Virus record (IMG/VR): IMGVR_UViG_3300032322_000568
Coordinates: 1-55,822 of that record
Source of the DNA: a virus
Taxonomy: Duplodnaviria; Caudoviricetes
Direction: 5' to 3' (one strand)
DNA: 55,822 nucleotides
Shown: positions 9,206 through 20,300 of the stretch, in pieces
How the letters are laid out: each line of letters starts with the position of its first letter
Numbering within the stretch: position 1 is the stretch's first letter
Made by a program: the position numbers and the translations under genes
Notes under the pieces: generated by a model
Told to the model about the DNA's origin: nothing
The model's input: the letters and a program-made list of their open reading frames with translations, nothing else
The model's database searches: none

Positions 9206-10255
9206 CTAGCACGCGCCGCCTGCTTTGCGCCTTGCTTGGGGTGGTGTTACTGTGACCGATTCTTTGGTCTCAGTGACTGATCCCTTACCGCGGATCTTGT
9301 CCATTAACTTGCCACCAAGCTCTTTGACCATGCTTACGGGATTCAAGGCATCCTCAAGCTCACGCTTGGCTTTCGCCGCGGTGGCCTCGGGATCAGCAAC
9401 AGGTTTGGATACGTCCACTTTACCGCCCGTGTCGTATTTGACCTTGCCGCCCTTCTTGAACGTGCCCGATTGAATGGTGTTAGCTACAGGCTTGGATACT
9501 GGGTGCTTGGGGTAGGCTACGGGTTTGCCTGAATCAACAAGCCCCCCCGTAGCGTAGTGCTTTTTTAAGGCACCACCTTTCTTGAAGCCGCCAGCATTGC
9601 CCTTCTTGACTTCGCCTGTGGTGGTATTGCTTACACCAGGCTTGGACGTTGAGACATTACCCTCAACGCCGCCACCCTTGGCATAAGCAGAGCCGCCACG
9701 CTTGTAGCCACCAGGCTTGCCCATGGACACTTCACCCGTCTTTTTAGGCGTGTGATGCTCACCTTCAGCCGTGTCCATCTTGGTTTTGTCATAGCCCTTG
9801 GCGCCCTTCTCGGATGCTGCTACTTTGATGATGCCGCCATCTTTGTAGCCACCCTGGCCCATTACCACACCGCCGGTTGCAAGGCCTTTGTGGGCCTTCG
9901 ATGCTGGCATGGAAGCGTGCTTTTTAAGCTTAGCCTCAGTGCCTGCCATCTTCTTCATTTCGGCTGCGTGTTCCGCCTTGGACTCGCCACCTTCCTTCAT
10001 CATGGGGCGCGCCATCTTGCGACGCATGGCCAATGATGGACGTGCAGGTGCGCGGCCAGGTAACGTACCCTGACCCATCTGCATGCGGCTTGGAGCCGGG
10101 CCTTCAGCAAGTCCAGCCATCACGCCGCCGTTCATCATTTTGTGGCCATCCGACTTGCCACCATGCTTCATGGAAACATGACCGCCTTTTTTGAGCTTCA
10201 GAATGACTGAAGGCTCAGTGGTCATCATTTTGACCATCGGCTTGAATTGGCCCAT
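9206..10255 (-). CDS. K/G/M-rich low-complexity protein with about 13 xxGG repeats (putative internal head protein)
   Basis: LKKGG, MKHGG, MMNGG, MKEGG, LATGG, YKDGG, YKRGG, YAKGG, FKKGG, YATGG, FKKGG, YDTGG, RKAGG. Confidence 0.7.
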   Translation of the reverse strand: MGQFKPMVKMMTTEPSVILKLKKGGHVSMKHGGKSDGHKMMNGGVMAGLAEGPAPSRMQMGQGTLPGRAPARPSLAMRRKMARPMMKEGGESKAEHAAEMKKMAGTEAKLKKHASMPASKAHKGLATGGVVMGQGGYKDGGIIKVAASEKGAKGYDKTKMDTAEGEHHTPKKTGEVSMGKPGGYKRGGSAYAKGGGVEGNVSTSKPGVSNTTTGEVKKGNAGGFKKGGALKKHYATGGLVDSGKPVAYPKHPVSKPVANTIQSGTFKKGGKVKYDTGGKVDVSKPVADPEATAAKAKRELEDALNPVSMVKELGGKLMDKIRGKGSVTETKESVTVTPPQARRKAGGAC

Positions 10256-10257
10256 GA

Positions 10258-10938
10258 TTACCGCTCCTTGGCTACATAAACGTAGTCCACCGTCATGGTT
10301 CTTGCCACGGCGTTACCGTTTTGAAGTGCAAACGATACCGTCAAGTCCTCATCATCCACCAAATTTGTGGTTGCTGAGGTGGCAACATAAGTGCCATTCA
10401 CAAAAGCTTGAATGGACGAGTTGCCATCGTAGTAAAAGCCAAGGCGGATGTAGGTGTCATCTGCCAGCGTACCAACAGATGTCGTGGTCGCGGTGCCATT
10501 TTTCTCTACAAGCAAACTGATCGTTGTTGACCCGTCACTCTTTAAGAAAAACACGCCATCACTAACATCAAGCGGGGTAGCGTCAGTAATTTGAAGGCCC
10601 ATAACAACGTCAGACTCTGTTGCATTGCTGACCTTGAAGCGACCCTCAAAAAACAGTTTCTTGCCCGAAGCAAAACGGTACGATTCACCAACCTTTTGAA
10701 GTGCTACCAGGTCGTTGTCTGCAGCCGTGTTGGTCAACAGCAATAAGCCACCATCGCCATCAGTAAGCGCTTGGGTTGCGCCTGCTTGCGTCTCTGTAAC
10801 GGTCCAGTTAGCCGCGGTGTAATAGTCGAAGTCTTCAAAGTAGGTGTGGAAGTTCGTAGCTGCTGGCTGCCCTAATTCGGCAAACAGCGACTGCTCACCC
10901 ACATTGGTGACCCCATTAGGAAACCGAGTCGTAGTCAT
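10258..10938 (-). CDS. virion structural protein (lectin-like fold, likely capsid decoration)
   Basis: Directly downstream of the MCP with RBS AGGAG, YFEDFD and final VDYVYVAKER motifs. Confidence 0.65.
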   Translation of the reverse strand: MTTTRFPNGVTNVGEQSLFAELGQPAATNFHTYFEDFDYYTAANWTVTETQAGATQALTDGDGGLLLLTNTAADNDLVALQKVGESYRFASGKKLFFEGRFKVSNATESDVVMGLQITDATPLDVSDGVFFLKSDGSTTISLLVEKNGTATTTSVGTLADDTYIRLGFYYDGNSSIQAFVNGTYVATSATTNLVDDEDLTVSFALQNGNAVARTMTVDYVYVAKER

Positions 10939-10957
10939 GCTTTAACTCCTATAAGAC

Positions 10958-10973
10958 GGGGGCCGAAGCCCCC
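10958..10973 (-). promoter_or_regulatory. cUUCGg hairpin after major capsid gene
   Basis: GGGGGCTTCGGCCCCC, same as the hairpin at 9186. Confidence 0.65.
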
Positions 10974-10981
10974 TGGTTTCC

Positions 10982-11899
10982 TTAGACGCCGGGCGTACCG
11001 TACATGGCACGGGGATCAGTGAAGCCAACGTCATAACGCTCAGTTGCCTTGTAGCGCATGGTGTCGGTTTCAAAGTCACCTTCCATGGTCTTCTCAAGGC
11101 CGCGGCGCATCATGAGCTTCATGCCCTCGGGCGCATCGGTCTGGACCCACCATGCAGTGCTCGAGGTCAAACGTGACAGGACCGCAGCGCCTTCATCGAG
11201 CAAGCCGATGGATTTGACTGGGTTGATGTCATTGTTTGCCTGGCCGGCACGCAAGACGGACTTCAGCAGGACCTCAGCCTGGAAGATGTTGCCAGGAGCA
11301 ACGACAAGCTGTCGTGGCACGAGACGGATCTTCTTGCCGTTGTTGTCCACTGCCTGACGGATCTGAATGAGCATTTGCTCAAGCGAGGTCTGGCTGAGAA
11401 CAGCAGCATTGGTCAGCAGGTTGCTGAAAGTGCCATTCACGATGGGGTGCGAAGCACTGTTAAGTGCCACGCCGTCGCCACCAGCATACTGACCGCCAGT
11501 AAAGGCGTTGTTCAGCACGTTGGCGCACAGGGTTTCCTTGGTTTCAACCAGGGACTGTGCCAAGTGACGGGCATAGACCGAGCCGATGCGGATGTGATCG
11601 CCATCCTCAACAAGCACTTTGGTCAGTGCGAAGGCCAGGCCATACACACTGTAAACATAGCGCTTGAGGAAGAGTACGCCGCCCTGCTGGTAAGTGACTG
11701 GGCTGCCGTCAGGAAGCAACGGTGCCAAGCCAAAACCGTAGAGCACAGGCTCTTCGTGGTAGTTACGGGGAATGCCTTGTTGCTCGCGGAAAACACGCGA
11801 CCACTCGTCGGCACGCTGATCATAGACTCCGTCAAAACACTCGTTGAGGATTGGCTCAACAATCGAACGAAAGTCGGTACTGCGCATTGGGGCTGCCAT
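10982..11899 (-). CDS. major capsid protein (HK97 fold, Mu gpT-related)
   Basis: 305 aa with GDGVALNSASHP, PRQLVVAP, DFETDTMRYKATERY..GFTDPRAMYGTPG; strong RBS; biased codons. Confidence 0.9.
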   Translation of the reverse strand: MAAPMRSTDFRSIVEPILNECFDGVYDQRADEWSRVFREQQGIPRNYHEEPVLYGFGLAPLLPDGSPVTYQQGGVLFLKRYVYSVYGLAFALTKVLVEDGDHIRIGSVYARHLAQSLVETKETLCANVLNNAFTGGQYAGGDGVALNSASHPIVNGTFSNLLTNAAVLSQTSLEQMLIQIRQAVDNNGKKIRLVPRQLVVAPGNIFQAEVLLKSVLRAGQANNDINPVKSIGLLDEGAAVLSRLTSSTAWWVQTDAPEGMKLMMRRGLEKTMEGDFETDTMRYKATERYDVGFTDPRAMYGTPGV

Positions 11900-11913
11900 G
11901 ATCTAGCCCTCCT

Positions 11914-12528
11914 TTAAGCGATGGTCACGGGGTATGCAACCGCCGCACCTTCGTAAATACCAGCGTACTGGAACTCAGCGATTTGGACACGAACGATCGT
12001 GTACGCATCGCCCCATGCGTTGCCCGGATACGGTGCCAGGTCGATAACGCGCAAAGTCTTGGTTGCGTTAGCGCTCGCAGCAGTCGTGCCCATCGTGGCT
12101 TGAGATAGACCCACCAGCGTCGGATCACCCGTGGTCGGGTTGTACGGGTTGGTGATGTCAAACTCTTGGCCAAGCGCGGTTTGCGCAATCGAACCTTCAG
12201 CCTGAATCTCATAAACCACTTGAGGATCAGTCCAAATGTAAGCGATCAGCGAACCAGTCTGATAGGCGGTACCAGAGGGCCAGCAGTTAGAAACGCGGCG
12301 GCGGCCAGTCGTGTCAGTCCACTCGACGCCATCAAAGACGCCATAAATGGGATCGCCACTTGCAGCACGAACCACATAGCCGGTTGTTGGATCAAGTTTT
12401 ACAGCCTGACCCTTGAGAATGTTTTGAGCGTAGGTGCTCTGAATGACATTCGCAAGGCCCTGTGCGCGGTCAAGACCGCTGGGGTGGTAGGCAGGCCGCA
12501 AACCAAAGGGTGCTAAGGTTGCAGACAT
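11914..12528 (-). CDS. capsid cement/decoration protein
   Basis: APFGLRP start, DP.VVYEIQA motif, immediately upstream of the MCP. Confidence 0.7.
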   Translation of the reverse strand: MSATLAPFGLRPAYHPSGLDRAQGLANVIQSTYAQNILKGQAVKLDPTTGYVVRAASGDPIYGVFDGVEWTDTTGRRRVSNCWPSGTAYQTGSLIAYIWTDPQVVYEIQAEGSIAQTALGQEFDITNPYNPTTGDPTLVGLSQATMGTTAASANATKTLRVIDLAPYPGNAWGDAYTIVRVQIAEFQYAGIYEGAAVAYPVTIA

Positions 12529-12542
12529 TTTAGAACTCCAGG

Positions 12543-13091
12543 TTAACCCTCGAATACCGGGGGTCGGTTAACGGATGATTTTGCAACATTGCCAAAACCT
12601 TCGCCTTCCGTTTTCAGGAGCCTATGCCCTGAACTATCAACACCCTGCTGAAGCTCTTCCATACGCTCCATGATCGCTTGAGTTGCTTCCATTGGTTTTT
12701 GGTAATGGAAGTGCGTCATGACGCGTTGATAGAGATCCATTGGGATCTTGAACAGCAACATCTCGTTACACGCGATGTGACCCACATGCTCGCCAGCTTT
12801 TACGCGATAGTTCTCATACCCAGGTAGCTCATCTGCAAGCACAGGCGTGTACCCAAGTCGAATACGCTTATCAATGGTGTCGTAGCTGTTTGTGGTGGAA
12901 AGCCAGCAAAGATGGAACCCAGGAATGTCTGGGACCTTTGGCAAGGCGCTTTGTGTCCACTCGTCACTCCACATTTGGTCAATGTCCTGTGTACTAGCGA
13001 ACTGGTCCTCTGCTGGAAGGCGCGAGTGATCTTCGCTTGCGCGAGTATGACGGCCACCTGCAGTGATCGATTTTTTGAGTCGAGATTCCAT
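12543..13091 (-). CDS. conserved head-module protein
   Basis: P.IPG.H..W...GY..V...LLFKIP pattern, located between scaffold and decoration genes. Confidence 0.6.
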   Translation of the reverse strand: MESRLKKSITAGGRHTRASEDHSRLPAEDQFASTQDIDQMWSDEWTQSALPKVPDIPGFHLCWLSTTNSYDTIDKRIRLGYTPVLADELPGYENYRVKAGEHVGHIACNEMLLFKIPMDLYQRVMTHFHYQKPMEATQAIMERMEELQQGVDSSGHRLLKTEGEGFGNVAKSSVNRPPVFEG

Positions 13092-13094
13092 GGC

Positions 13095-14051
13095 TTACCC
13101 TTTCAGTCTCTGTTGTGCTTGTGCTGCGTAACGCTTGATCATGCTGAGTCGTTTCTTGGGGTCGTCCCAAAACCCAGCATCTTTCATTGCTTTCACCTGG
13201 TCAGGCTCAAGCTGAAAGGATTGACGCCCACCTGCGGACGCTGCGTTCTCACGGCCAGAACTAGTCACTGGACTCCTCGGTTTTCGCCTAGAGGAACTTT
13301 CCTCATAGTCATCATTGTATCGGTGTGGGATGTACTTCCGCAAGCGGTTATCCATCTCCTGCCAATAGTCTGATGTTCCTGGGTCCCAACCCTCAGCATG
13401 CAACTGCTCATCGACCTGTTTAGCGATCTTGCTGTCCAGGTCTTTGCGCTCAGGGTCGAACCACGAATTGCGCTCCATCCAAGCCGCGATCTGGCGTTGC
13501 ACACCAGCGTCAGGGATGTTTGCTTTTTGCTGCGGCTGAACGGCTCGTTGCTTGAAGTTTTTCAAGGACTCAAGCTTTTGGCGCTCATCAAGCAGCATCT
13601 CATTGGCTTGGGCTGCAGCTTCACCATCTTGGGCTTGCACTGCTTCAGCCAGTTTCATCTTGGCATAGCGGACGCGAAGCTCGCCATCTTGCATGGCCTT
13701 GTCAATCTGGGCCAGGTCGTTAGCGTGCGTGCGGTGCTCGATGACTGAGAGCCGCTCCTCCAACTCTTGATTGCGGCGCTGCAACAATGCCAGGCGCTCA
13801 TCCTTCTCAGCCTGGGTCTTGCGGACTAAATCCTTTTTCGCACGCCGACGCTCGCGCCGGGCAGCCCGTAAGGAATCGAGTTCGTCATCGCTAGGGGGAT
13901 CATCATCGCCAGGAACATCATCGCCTTCAGCTTTGTTCTCGGGCGGCGTGTCGTCCGACTGCGCAATTTGAATCGAGTCAGGAAGGTCAACGGTGACCGA
14001 GCCGTCCGCTTGCTCCTTGATCGTAACTTGATCTTCATTTTCAGTACTCAT
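13095..14051 (-). CDS. capsid scaffolding protein
   Basis: Acidic N-terminus, long coiled coil, W.ERN.WF motif, position between portal and MCP. Confidence 0.75.
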   Translation of the reverse strand: MSTENEDQVTIKEQADGSVTVDLPDSIQIAQSDDTPPENKAEGDDVPGDDDPPSDDELDSLRAARRERRRAKKDLVRKTQAEKDERLALLQRRNQELEERLSVIEHRTHANDLAQIDKAMQDGELRVRYAKMKLAEAVQAQDGEAAAQANEMLLDERQKLESLKNFKQRAVQPQQKANIPDAGVQRQIAAWMERNSWFDPERKDLDSKIAKQVDEQLHAEGWDPGTSDYWQEMDNRLRKYIPHRYNDDYEESSSRRKPRSPVTSSGRENAASAGGRQSFQLEPDQVKAMKDAGFWDDPKKRLSMIKRYAAQAQQRLKG

Positions 14052-14491
14052 AGGAATGCCCTCGTGTCGAGCGGATTACCCGTGATTTTTGCGATGACTT
14101 CATGGTCATTGATGATCATGAAAAGCGCTGGATCTTCGTTTTGATCCTCACCGGGTACTTTGACTTCCCAGCGATCGCCGCCCCACTTAGGTACGCGGAT
14201 GTAATCACCCACCACGCACCAAGAGCCTTCCGGCCAGGGTTTCATGGTGTCACGATGGCAAAACGCGAGCGGTCCAATCTCAATAACCTTGGCCACTTGC
14301 GTGTTCCACTTCTCCGTCTCTTTGGTCTCTTCGACCAGCACAATACCGCCCTTGGTGGTTTTCTTCTTGGACCGACGGATCTGTACCATCACACGGCCAC
14401 CAAGAGGTTTTGCACCAGGATCTACGCTCGGAAATGCCCAAGCCATCTCAGCGTCGTTAGACGCTACTGGTTCATTCATATTCATCTTCAT
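14048..14491 (-). CDS. groES: GroES/Cpn10-like co-chaperonin
   Basis: KPLGGRVMV, TKGGIVL mobile loop, VIEIGP, VGD, IINDHEVIAKI. Confidence 0.9.
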   Translation of the reverse strand: MKMNMNEPVASNDAEMAWAFPSVDPGAKPLGGRVMVQIRRSKKKTTKGGIVLVEETKETEKWNTQVAKVIEIGPLAFCHRDTMKPWPEGSWCVVGDYIRVPKWGGDRWEVKVPGEDQNEDPALFMIINDHEVIAKITGNPLDTRAFL

Positions 14492-14657
14492 CTCTCAAAA
14501 TTGAGTCAATCATCTGGAGCGTTTGTTCAAACGCCAGATACATCCCGACCGTGCGCTGATACGTTTCCCAATTCGCAGCATTGCCTGCTGCCAAGGACTG
14601 GCTTATTTCAGCCTGGCGTATCTTGATGTCACGGACCAGGTCCGCTATAGGGTTCAC
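14472..14657 (-). CDS. small conserved helical phage protein
   Basis: L..G.A..WE.Y...VG pattern, coupled to neighbours. Confidence 0.65.
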   Translation of the reverse strand: MNPIADLVRDIKIRQAEISQSLAAGNAANWETYQRTVGMYLAFEQTLQMIDSILRDEDEYE

Positions 14658-14815
14658 TTTTTCTTAGCCGGCAGTGCGCCTCCTTTGGTCTTGGGTTGCT
14701 GGGTTTGGCCTTTGGATTGCAGGCTGGTGCCGTCAAGGTTTGCACCCATCGCAATGCGCTTGTGATAAGGCACGGCCTCGAGGTCTTTGATGTCTTTACT
14801 GGATGGTTGGGCCAC
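14654..14815 (-). CDS. 53-aa basic protein (not in ORF track)
   Basis: AGGAG RBS + GTG, MAQPSSKDIKDLEAVPYHKRIAMG...KTKGGALPAKKK, fills the gap after the portal gene. Confidence 0.65.
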   Translation of the reverse strand: MAQPSSKDIKDLEAVPYHKRIAMGANLDGTSLQSKGQTQQPKTKGGALPAKKK

Positions 14816-17363
14816 GATTAGCTCCTAAGTTGCGTTGTGCTTCGTTTTGAAGCCGGATAGCAGTCTCATACTGCTCTGCCTGCAATTGCTCATCCTTCTG
14901 GGTGAGTTGTGCAGTTGCTATGCGCTCCTTGGTGAGGTTGTTTGTAGCGTTAAGCGCCACATCCAACTGATCACGCTCGGCTGCGCGTTGTTGATCGCCT
15001 TGCAGTCGTGCCATGTCAATCTGGCCACGTTGCTGCATGTCGGCACCTTTGAGTTGCATCTCAGCCTGATCGCGCTGTGCGCGGCGCTGGGTTTCTGCCA
15101 GGCTGGTTTCCTTGAGCACTTGCGCTTCAGGCGGCAGTTGCGGCTGGGGCGTAAGTTGCTGCATGGCTTGCATGAGTTGCTGCAGCTTGGGCACCATTTG
15201 CTGGAAGGCTGCGTTGGTGTCTTGCATGACATGCTGCGATGCAATAGCAAAGGTCTTGTCGATTTCCGAGGTCAGCATCTTGTTCTCGTAATCGCTCTCT
15301 GCCATGGGCTTGCCACGGGCCTTGTTTACATAGCCATTCATGCGACCTAAGTACCATAAGACCATGTGCTGCTTGATGTGCTCAAGCACCCGCGGCAGGT
15401 AGAACGATGCCATGATGGGATTGCCACCAAAAGCAGGATTAAGCGCGAAGTCCAGGTGCGTTTGGATGTGCGATAACTGGTCCTGGTGCGGGTAGGCGTA
15501 GGCATTCTGACCCAGTGCCATGGCCACATTCTCATCAGATGCTGGGCGCTCCTCGGGAACCGGGGTGCCTTTGAGCAATTCGTTGATGCCAGGGATCTTT
15601 AGCTGCTTGAGCAGGCGCTCTTCAACCGCACGGCGGTCATACAGGTCAGGTGCCTTGTCTGATCGTGCCAAAACCGCCTGAATCTGCGCCATGCGCTGGG
15701 TTTCAGAAAAGATATTGGGGTCTGAGACGGGTACCACATCTCCCATGCGCTCAAAATCGCCGGGTTGGACCTCCAGATCGACCACATCCTCACCGCGGCG
15801 CATGTCTTCGATGTACCAGCGGTTAAGGCGCTGCAAAATCTTCAGTACGCGGCCCTGTGACTTGTGCAATCGAGCATGAATAGCCGAAAACACGGCGGCA
15901 CCCTGCTCAATCAGTGCTTGTGTCGTGCCAACAGGAGCCTGGGAATTGATGTCAGCGATCTTTTCCTCGGCGGTGGTCACTACACCCTTGGCAGCCTTGT
16001 CTAAGTAGCCCAAAAGCTCAAATAACACGGGGCTTGGCGGGTTAAACGGCATGGGCATTGCAATCTTGCGGATGTCATCCACGCCTGGTGCAGCTTCAAT
16101 CTCGACCACCTGCGTCACATCGGCCTGAACGGACTGGCCTGAGACCTTGGCACCCTTCAATTTGAGCGTGGCAGGGGCGTTATTGATGTGCGCGGCATCT
16201 AAAAGCGCCCGTAAGCTTCCAGTAAGTGCTGCTGCCAGGCCACCAATGAGGTGGGGCATCCCAATAGCGTAGGCACCGCGCCAGGGAATGAACTTGTACT
16301 CGACCACCCAGTCGAGTTTTTCCATGGTTTCATCACCTTCTTCCCAGTTTCGGTACAAGCCGACCACTTCACGGTCGATTTCATCCACCATCAGGATGTA
16401 AGGCGCCATTTCACCCTTGGAATAAGTGTCATCTTCAAGCTCGAGGTAGGTGTAAATGTGAAAAACACGGCGCATACCGTCGATGTTTTCCTCTGCTTTA
16501 CGTCCTTCGATCTTGTTGTTGGCTTTTTCTGGCCGAGTTGGCTCAGGTTCCAGGCTTACGCGAGTCAAACTGATGTCACGGTACAAGCCTGAGTCAATTC
16601 GTTGGTTGAATTCAAACTCAGTGATGTCATGAATCTCTGCAGCACGCTGTGCGGTGTAAAAATTCGTGGCTGCAAACGGGATCAGGACCTTGTCAATCGG
16701 CAAAAACTCAGCCACCGGGCGCAGTTTTTTGTCATCCCAGTACAGTTTTAGGTACTGCGAGCCGCCAAGGGGCAGTTGCGTGAGCAGTTGCTCTTGCTCA
16801 TCGCGGAATTCTTCGATCTGCTCGGTTAGCTGCCAGTTCATCCAGTCGCGTTTGCGCTCTGCACGCTTGGTTTTTTCCTCATCAGTCTCACCAAGGATCT
16901 TGGTTTTGACCGGGCCATCAGGTGGGAATAGCTCCTTGATGGTCCTTGATGCGAAATCCACGCAAGCTTCAGCAATAACCGGGTGTACTACCTTGCTGGC
17001 ACCGAAGAACGTAGCGCCACCAGGGGCGTCTTTGCCCATGCCCGTGCGCTTGATGCCCTCTTCGTACTGCTTATCGCGGTCTTCGCGCGCTGTCTGGTCC
17101 TTTTTCAGCAGGTCCAAGTAGCGCATGGCCATCGAATCCAAATCCATGGGATCGATAACATCGGCCAGGTTCTCGTAAAAGTCAGGATCTTCAAGCGGCC
17201 CTTTGGTGCTTGGCATGTGAACTACTGCCGAGCCGTCAGGAAGCTCCTCAATCTCAGCAGTTTCATCGGGCAACTCGGCTGACATATCAGCAACGGGCAC
17301 CTCATCATCGGCCATACCGCTAATGAAGCGGCCATAGTCCTGCTCAATAGGCATCTCAGGCAT
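14796..17363 (-). CDS. portal protein (P22-like)
   Basis: HPVIAEAC.DF...ELFP..GPVK, GTT.ALIEQG...SAIH.RLH, Q-rich coiled-coil barrel. Start MPEMP behind GAGGA. Confidence 0.9.
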   Translation of the reverse strand: MPEMPIEQDYGRFISGMADDEVPVADMSAELPDETAEIEELPDGSAVVHMPSTKGPLEDPDFYENLADVIDPMDLDSMAMRYLDLLKKDQTAREDRDKQYEEGIKRTGMGKDAPGGATFFGASKVVHPVIAEACVDFASRTIKELFPPDGPVKTKILGETDEEKTKRAERKRDWMNWQLTEQIEEFRDEQEQLLTQLPLGGSQYLKLYWDDKKLRPVAEFLPIDKVLIPFAATNFYTAQRAAEIHDITEFEFNQRIDSGLYRDISLTRVSLEPEPTRPEKANNKIEGRKAEENIDGMRRVFHIYTYLELEDDTYSKGEMAPYILMVDEIDREVVGLYRNWEEGDETMEKLDWVVEYKFIPWRGAYAIGMPHLIGGLAAALTGSLRALLDAAHINNAPATLKLKGAKVSGQSVQADVTQVVEIEAAPGVDDIRKIAMPMPFNPPSPVLFELLGYLDKAAKGVVTTAEEKIADINSQAPVGTTQALIEQGAAVFSAIHARLHKSQGRVLKILQRLNRWYIEDMRRGEDVVDLEVQPGDFERMGDVVPVSDPNIFSETQRMAQIQAVLARSDKAPDLYDRRAVEERLLKQLKIPGINELLKGTPVPEERPASDENVAMALGQNAYAYPHQDQLSHIQTHLDFALNPAFGGNPIMASFYLPRVLEHIKQHMVLWYLGRMNGYVNKARGKPMAESDYENKMLTSEIDKTFAIASQHVMQDTNAAFQQMVPKLQQLMQAMQQLTPQPQLPPEAQVLKETSLAETQRRAQRDQAEMQLKGADMQQRGQIDMARLQGDQQRAAERDQLDVALNATNNLTKERIATAQLTQKDEQLQAEQYETAIRLQNEAQRNLGANRGPTIQ

Positions 17364-20300
17364 GTTTGTATCCTCGTTTAACGCTATCAAGCGCTGACTT
17401 CTTCACGGCGCCGCCCTTCTTTTTCTCGGTGCGGACATCGGGCAACGGCACTTTTTTGCTGTAGTAAGGCATCAAGACACCTTCGCCCGTTTCAATCATG
17501 TCAAGCAAGTAGTTGCGCACATTGCGTGGCGTGGGCTTCACGCCCATGCCGTTAAGCGTATAAGCGGCTTGGCGCTCAAGTAAATCTAATGCGTCACCGC
17601 GGGGCGATACTAACCCGGTCAATTCGCCACCACCAAACCAGCGGCCAGCTTGTGCCGTGCCGCCAGGCAGGCCTAAGCCCTTAGCGATGTCCAGCATTTG
17701 CTGTTCTGCAGCGCCATACTCAGTTGAGCCAAATCCACCCTGCTTAGTAAAGTAAGGGTGAAAGCGGCTTGCTTGTGTTTCGCCCGATGCCTCATGCACA
17801 TCAAGCACCACTGACTTGCCAAAGTCACCGGCCTTTTGCGTGCCATAAGTTGGGATTTTGTAATTGACTGGTATGTCTGCTTTTGACAACTCGCGCAGGT
17901 CAAGATTGCCTTCAAGGACATTTCTCACGCCTTCACGATGTACGGGCATCAATGGCAGACCAGTGCCGTACTTTTGCTTGAATGCTTCCATCTCGCGCTT
18001 GACGGTTTCCTCATCAAGCGGCAAGCCTCGCGCATTCATATCGCGCAGGAATTGGCCGACTGCCATTTCATTTAGGATGGAGTTGCGCGCCGATGCCGGA
18101 GCAGTGCTGTAGATAAACTGATTAAATTTTTCCTCGGGTATGCCGCGCTCAAGTGCCGCCATCTTCATGGGATAAAGCGAGGGGTAAAAAGTTTCACCGC
18201 CCAGGGGCAGCCCGCGTTTGATCTGCATCTCAATGAGCGCTCGATTGCGCGGGTCTTGGTAAATCTCGTCGATGTAACCAATGTTGGCCCTTGGGGGCGA
18301 GTAGCGCGGGAATGCTGTTTGTTCAATGCCAGGAAAGCCTTCCATGGCGTCTTTGATGAGCGATCGATCAAATGCCTGCAGTTCAGCACGCGGCGGCTGC
18401 CAAGGCTCGGTGGGTTGCGCGAGGAACTCTTCGGCCTTTTGGGCGCGTCGTTCAACAGCCTCGGGCACATTCTGTAAGCGATCGCCTATTGATGCGGAGG
18501 CGGGTGCATCAATCAATTTGCCAAATTTCTTTTCAAGGGCCGGTTTTTGTTGCTTGGTCCAAGTAAGGTTTTTCTCGGCAATTGCAGCGGCGCGCTTTTG
18601 CACATCTTCCGGCGCCATGTTGGGATCTTCTTTAGCGATGGCCTTGGCCACCTTGTTGGCTTCATTCCTTAGCTCACGCGCTGTATAAGCCACAGCTTTA
18701 GATGCTTTGGCAATCTTTTCAAGCTTACCGCCGCCAGCCATGCGCACAGCACCGCCCATGGCTAACTCAAGCGCCATGGTGTCAGGGTTGTCAGATATGT
18801 GAACTCGCCTCATGGGACCACCCTGCTTGTAAGGGGTTACTGGCACTTTGCCAAACATCACGGCGCTCGGCTTCGTTGACTGTGGATTGATGTAACCGGC
18901 ATATCCATAGTCGCGGATTAATCGCTCGAGCGCATTGGTTGCCTCAGTAGGCTGCGCCAATCCTTTGTTAGAGCTTGCCGTCATCGGGATGCGCGTGGTT
19001 TCTTTGGCCAGCATGTTAAGCATGAGAGGGTCAGCCGCCAGGTCATAAAGATTTTCACCCATGGCACGATAACGATGGGGTCCTAAGCCAGGCTCAGGTG
19101 TCACGCTTTCATCGGTGTAGAAGTAAGTCCTGGGTCTGACCGAGCCAGTGCCACCTAAACGCGCGGCCTCCTCGCCCTTGATGCCCGTGCCGTAAAACGC
19201 CGGATCTGTTTCAGTCAACCCTGCCTGCTTGCTGAAGTGCATCATGGGCATGTTGACGAAGGTGCCTTCCTCGGGCTTGATCAGTCCTCGCAAGTAATCA
19301 GGCATCTCGCCTTCGTACTTTGTGCTTAAAAACTCGGGTGGCAAAAGCACTGGCTTTTGTGGGGCAAACTGAAAACCATTCCATGCTTCTTTCAACTGTG
19401 AATCAATCTCTTTGACTAGTTCAGTTTTGCCGCGACGATTGGCCTCGTAGCGCTGCATGTTCAGTTCATTGATGGTGCGCTTGAGTGCGGCATTCAGTGG
19501 GGTGTAGTTAACCGTACTGTTTTGGCCTCGTGTCTCAGTGCTCATAGCCAAGCGTGCAAGGGGCGAGTACATCTGACTGTGGGCTGCCCAAGCAGTCTCC
19601 TCGCCCTTGGGACCAAACTCGTTGCCGTGAATTGCATGGCCAAAGAAGTCATGCACAGCACGAAACTTTTCATTCTCATTCAATCCTGTTTCAGGATCGA
19701 CAGCTTTTAAGTAGGGATGCTCATCGCCACCCTGGAAGACATACAGGTGCTTGTTGCCATAAACATCTTGCAGCATTTGCTTGCTGTTGCGATAGTTTCC
19801 TTCGCCTGCTCGATGATACGAAAGGCTGATCGGAAGACGCTTAAATTGCTCATTGGTTTCCTTAGCCATCTGTCGGTAGGAAGCGGCCACCAACTCGTCA
19901 TAATTTTTTGCGCCTGATTGCTTAATGACTTCAGGCATTTGCCTGGCATATTCATTGAAGATGGTTTGTTTATATGTCGGGTCTTCAGTGGTCGCAAGCA
20001 TGAAGGCGCGGCCAATGGGCGCCTGCTTGAAGATGGAGCTTTCAGAAATCTCTGGCAGTTCATAAGGCCTGCCGAAGGCCTCTTGCACATAAGTGTCTGC
20101 TGACTGACGAACAAAGTTCGCCGGGTCAGCCATTACTTGCTGTACTGCTTCATTCGTAATTGGTTGCGGAACATCGCTTCCAGTTCCTCCTGCGGGACGC
20201 TGTCCGGCTTCAGTCCCATCGCTTTCGAGCGTGCCTCGACGCTGGCCTGCAGGCGCTTGAGAGACGCTAGGACGGACGCGGTAGAACGGTCCTTCTGTGG

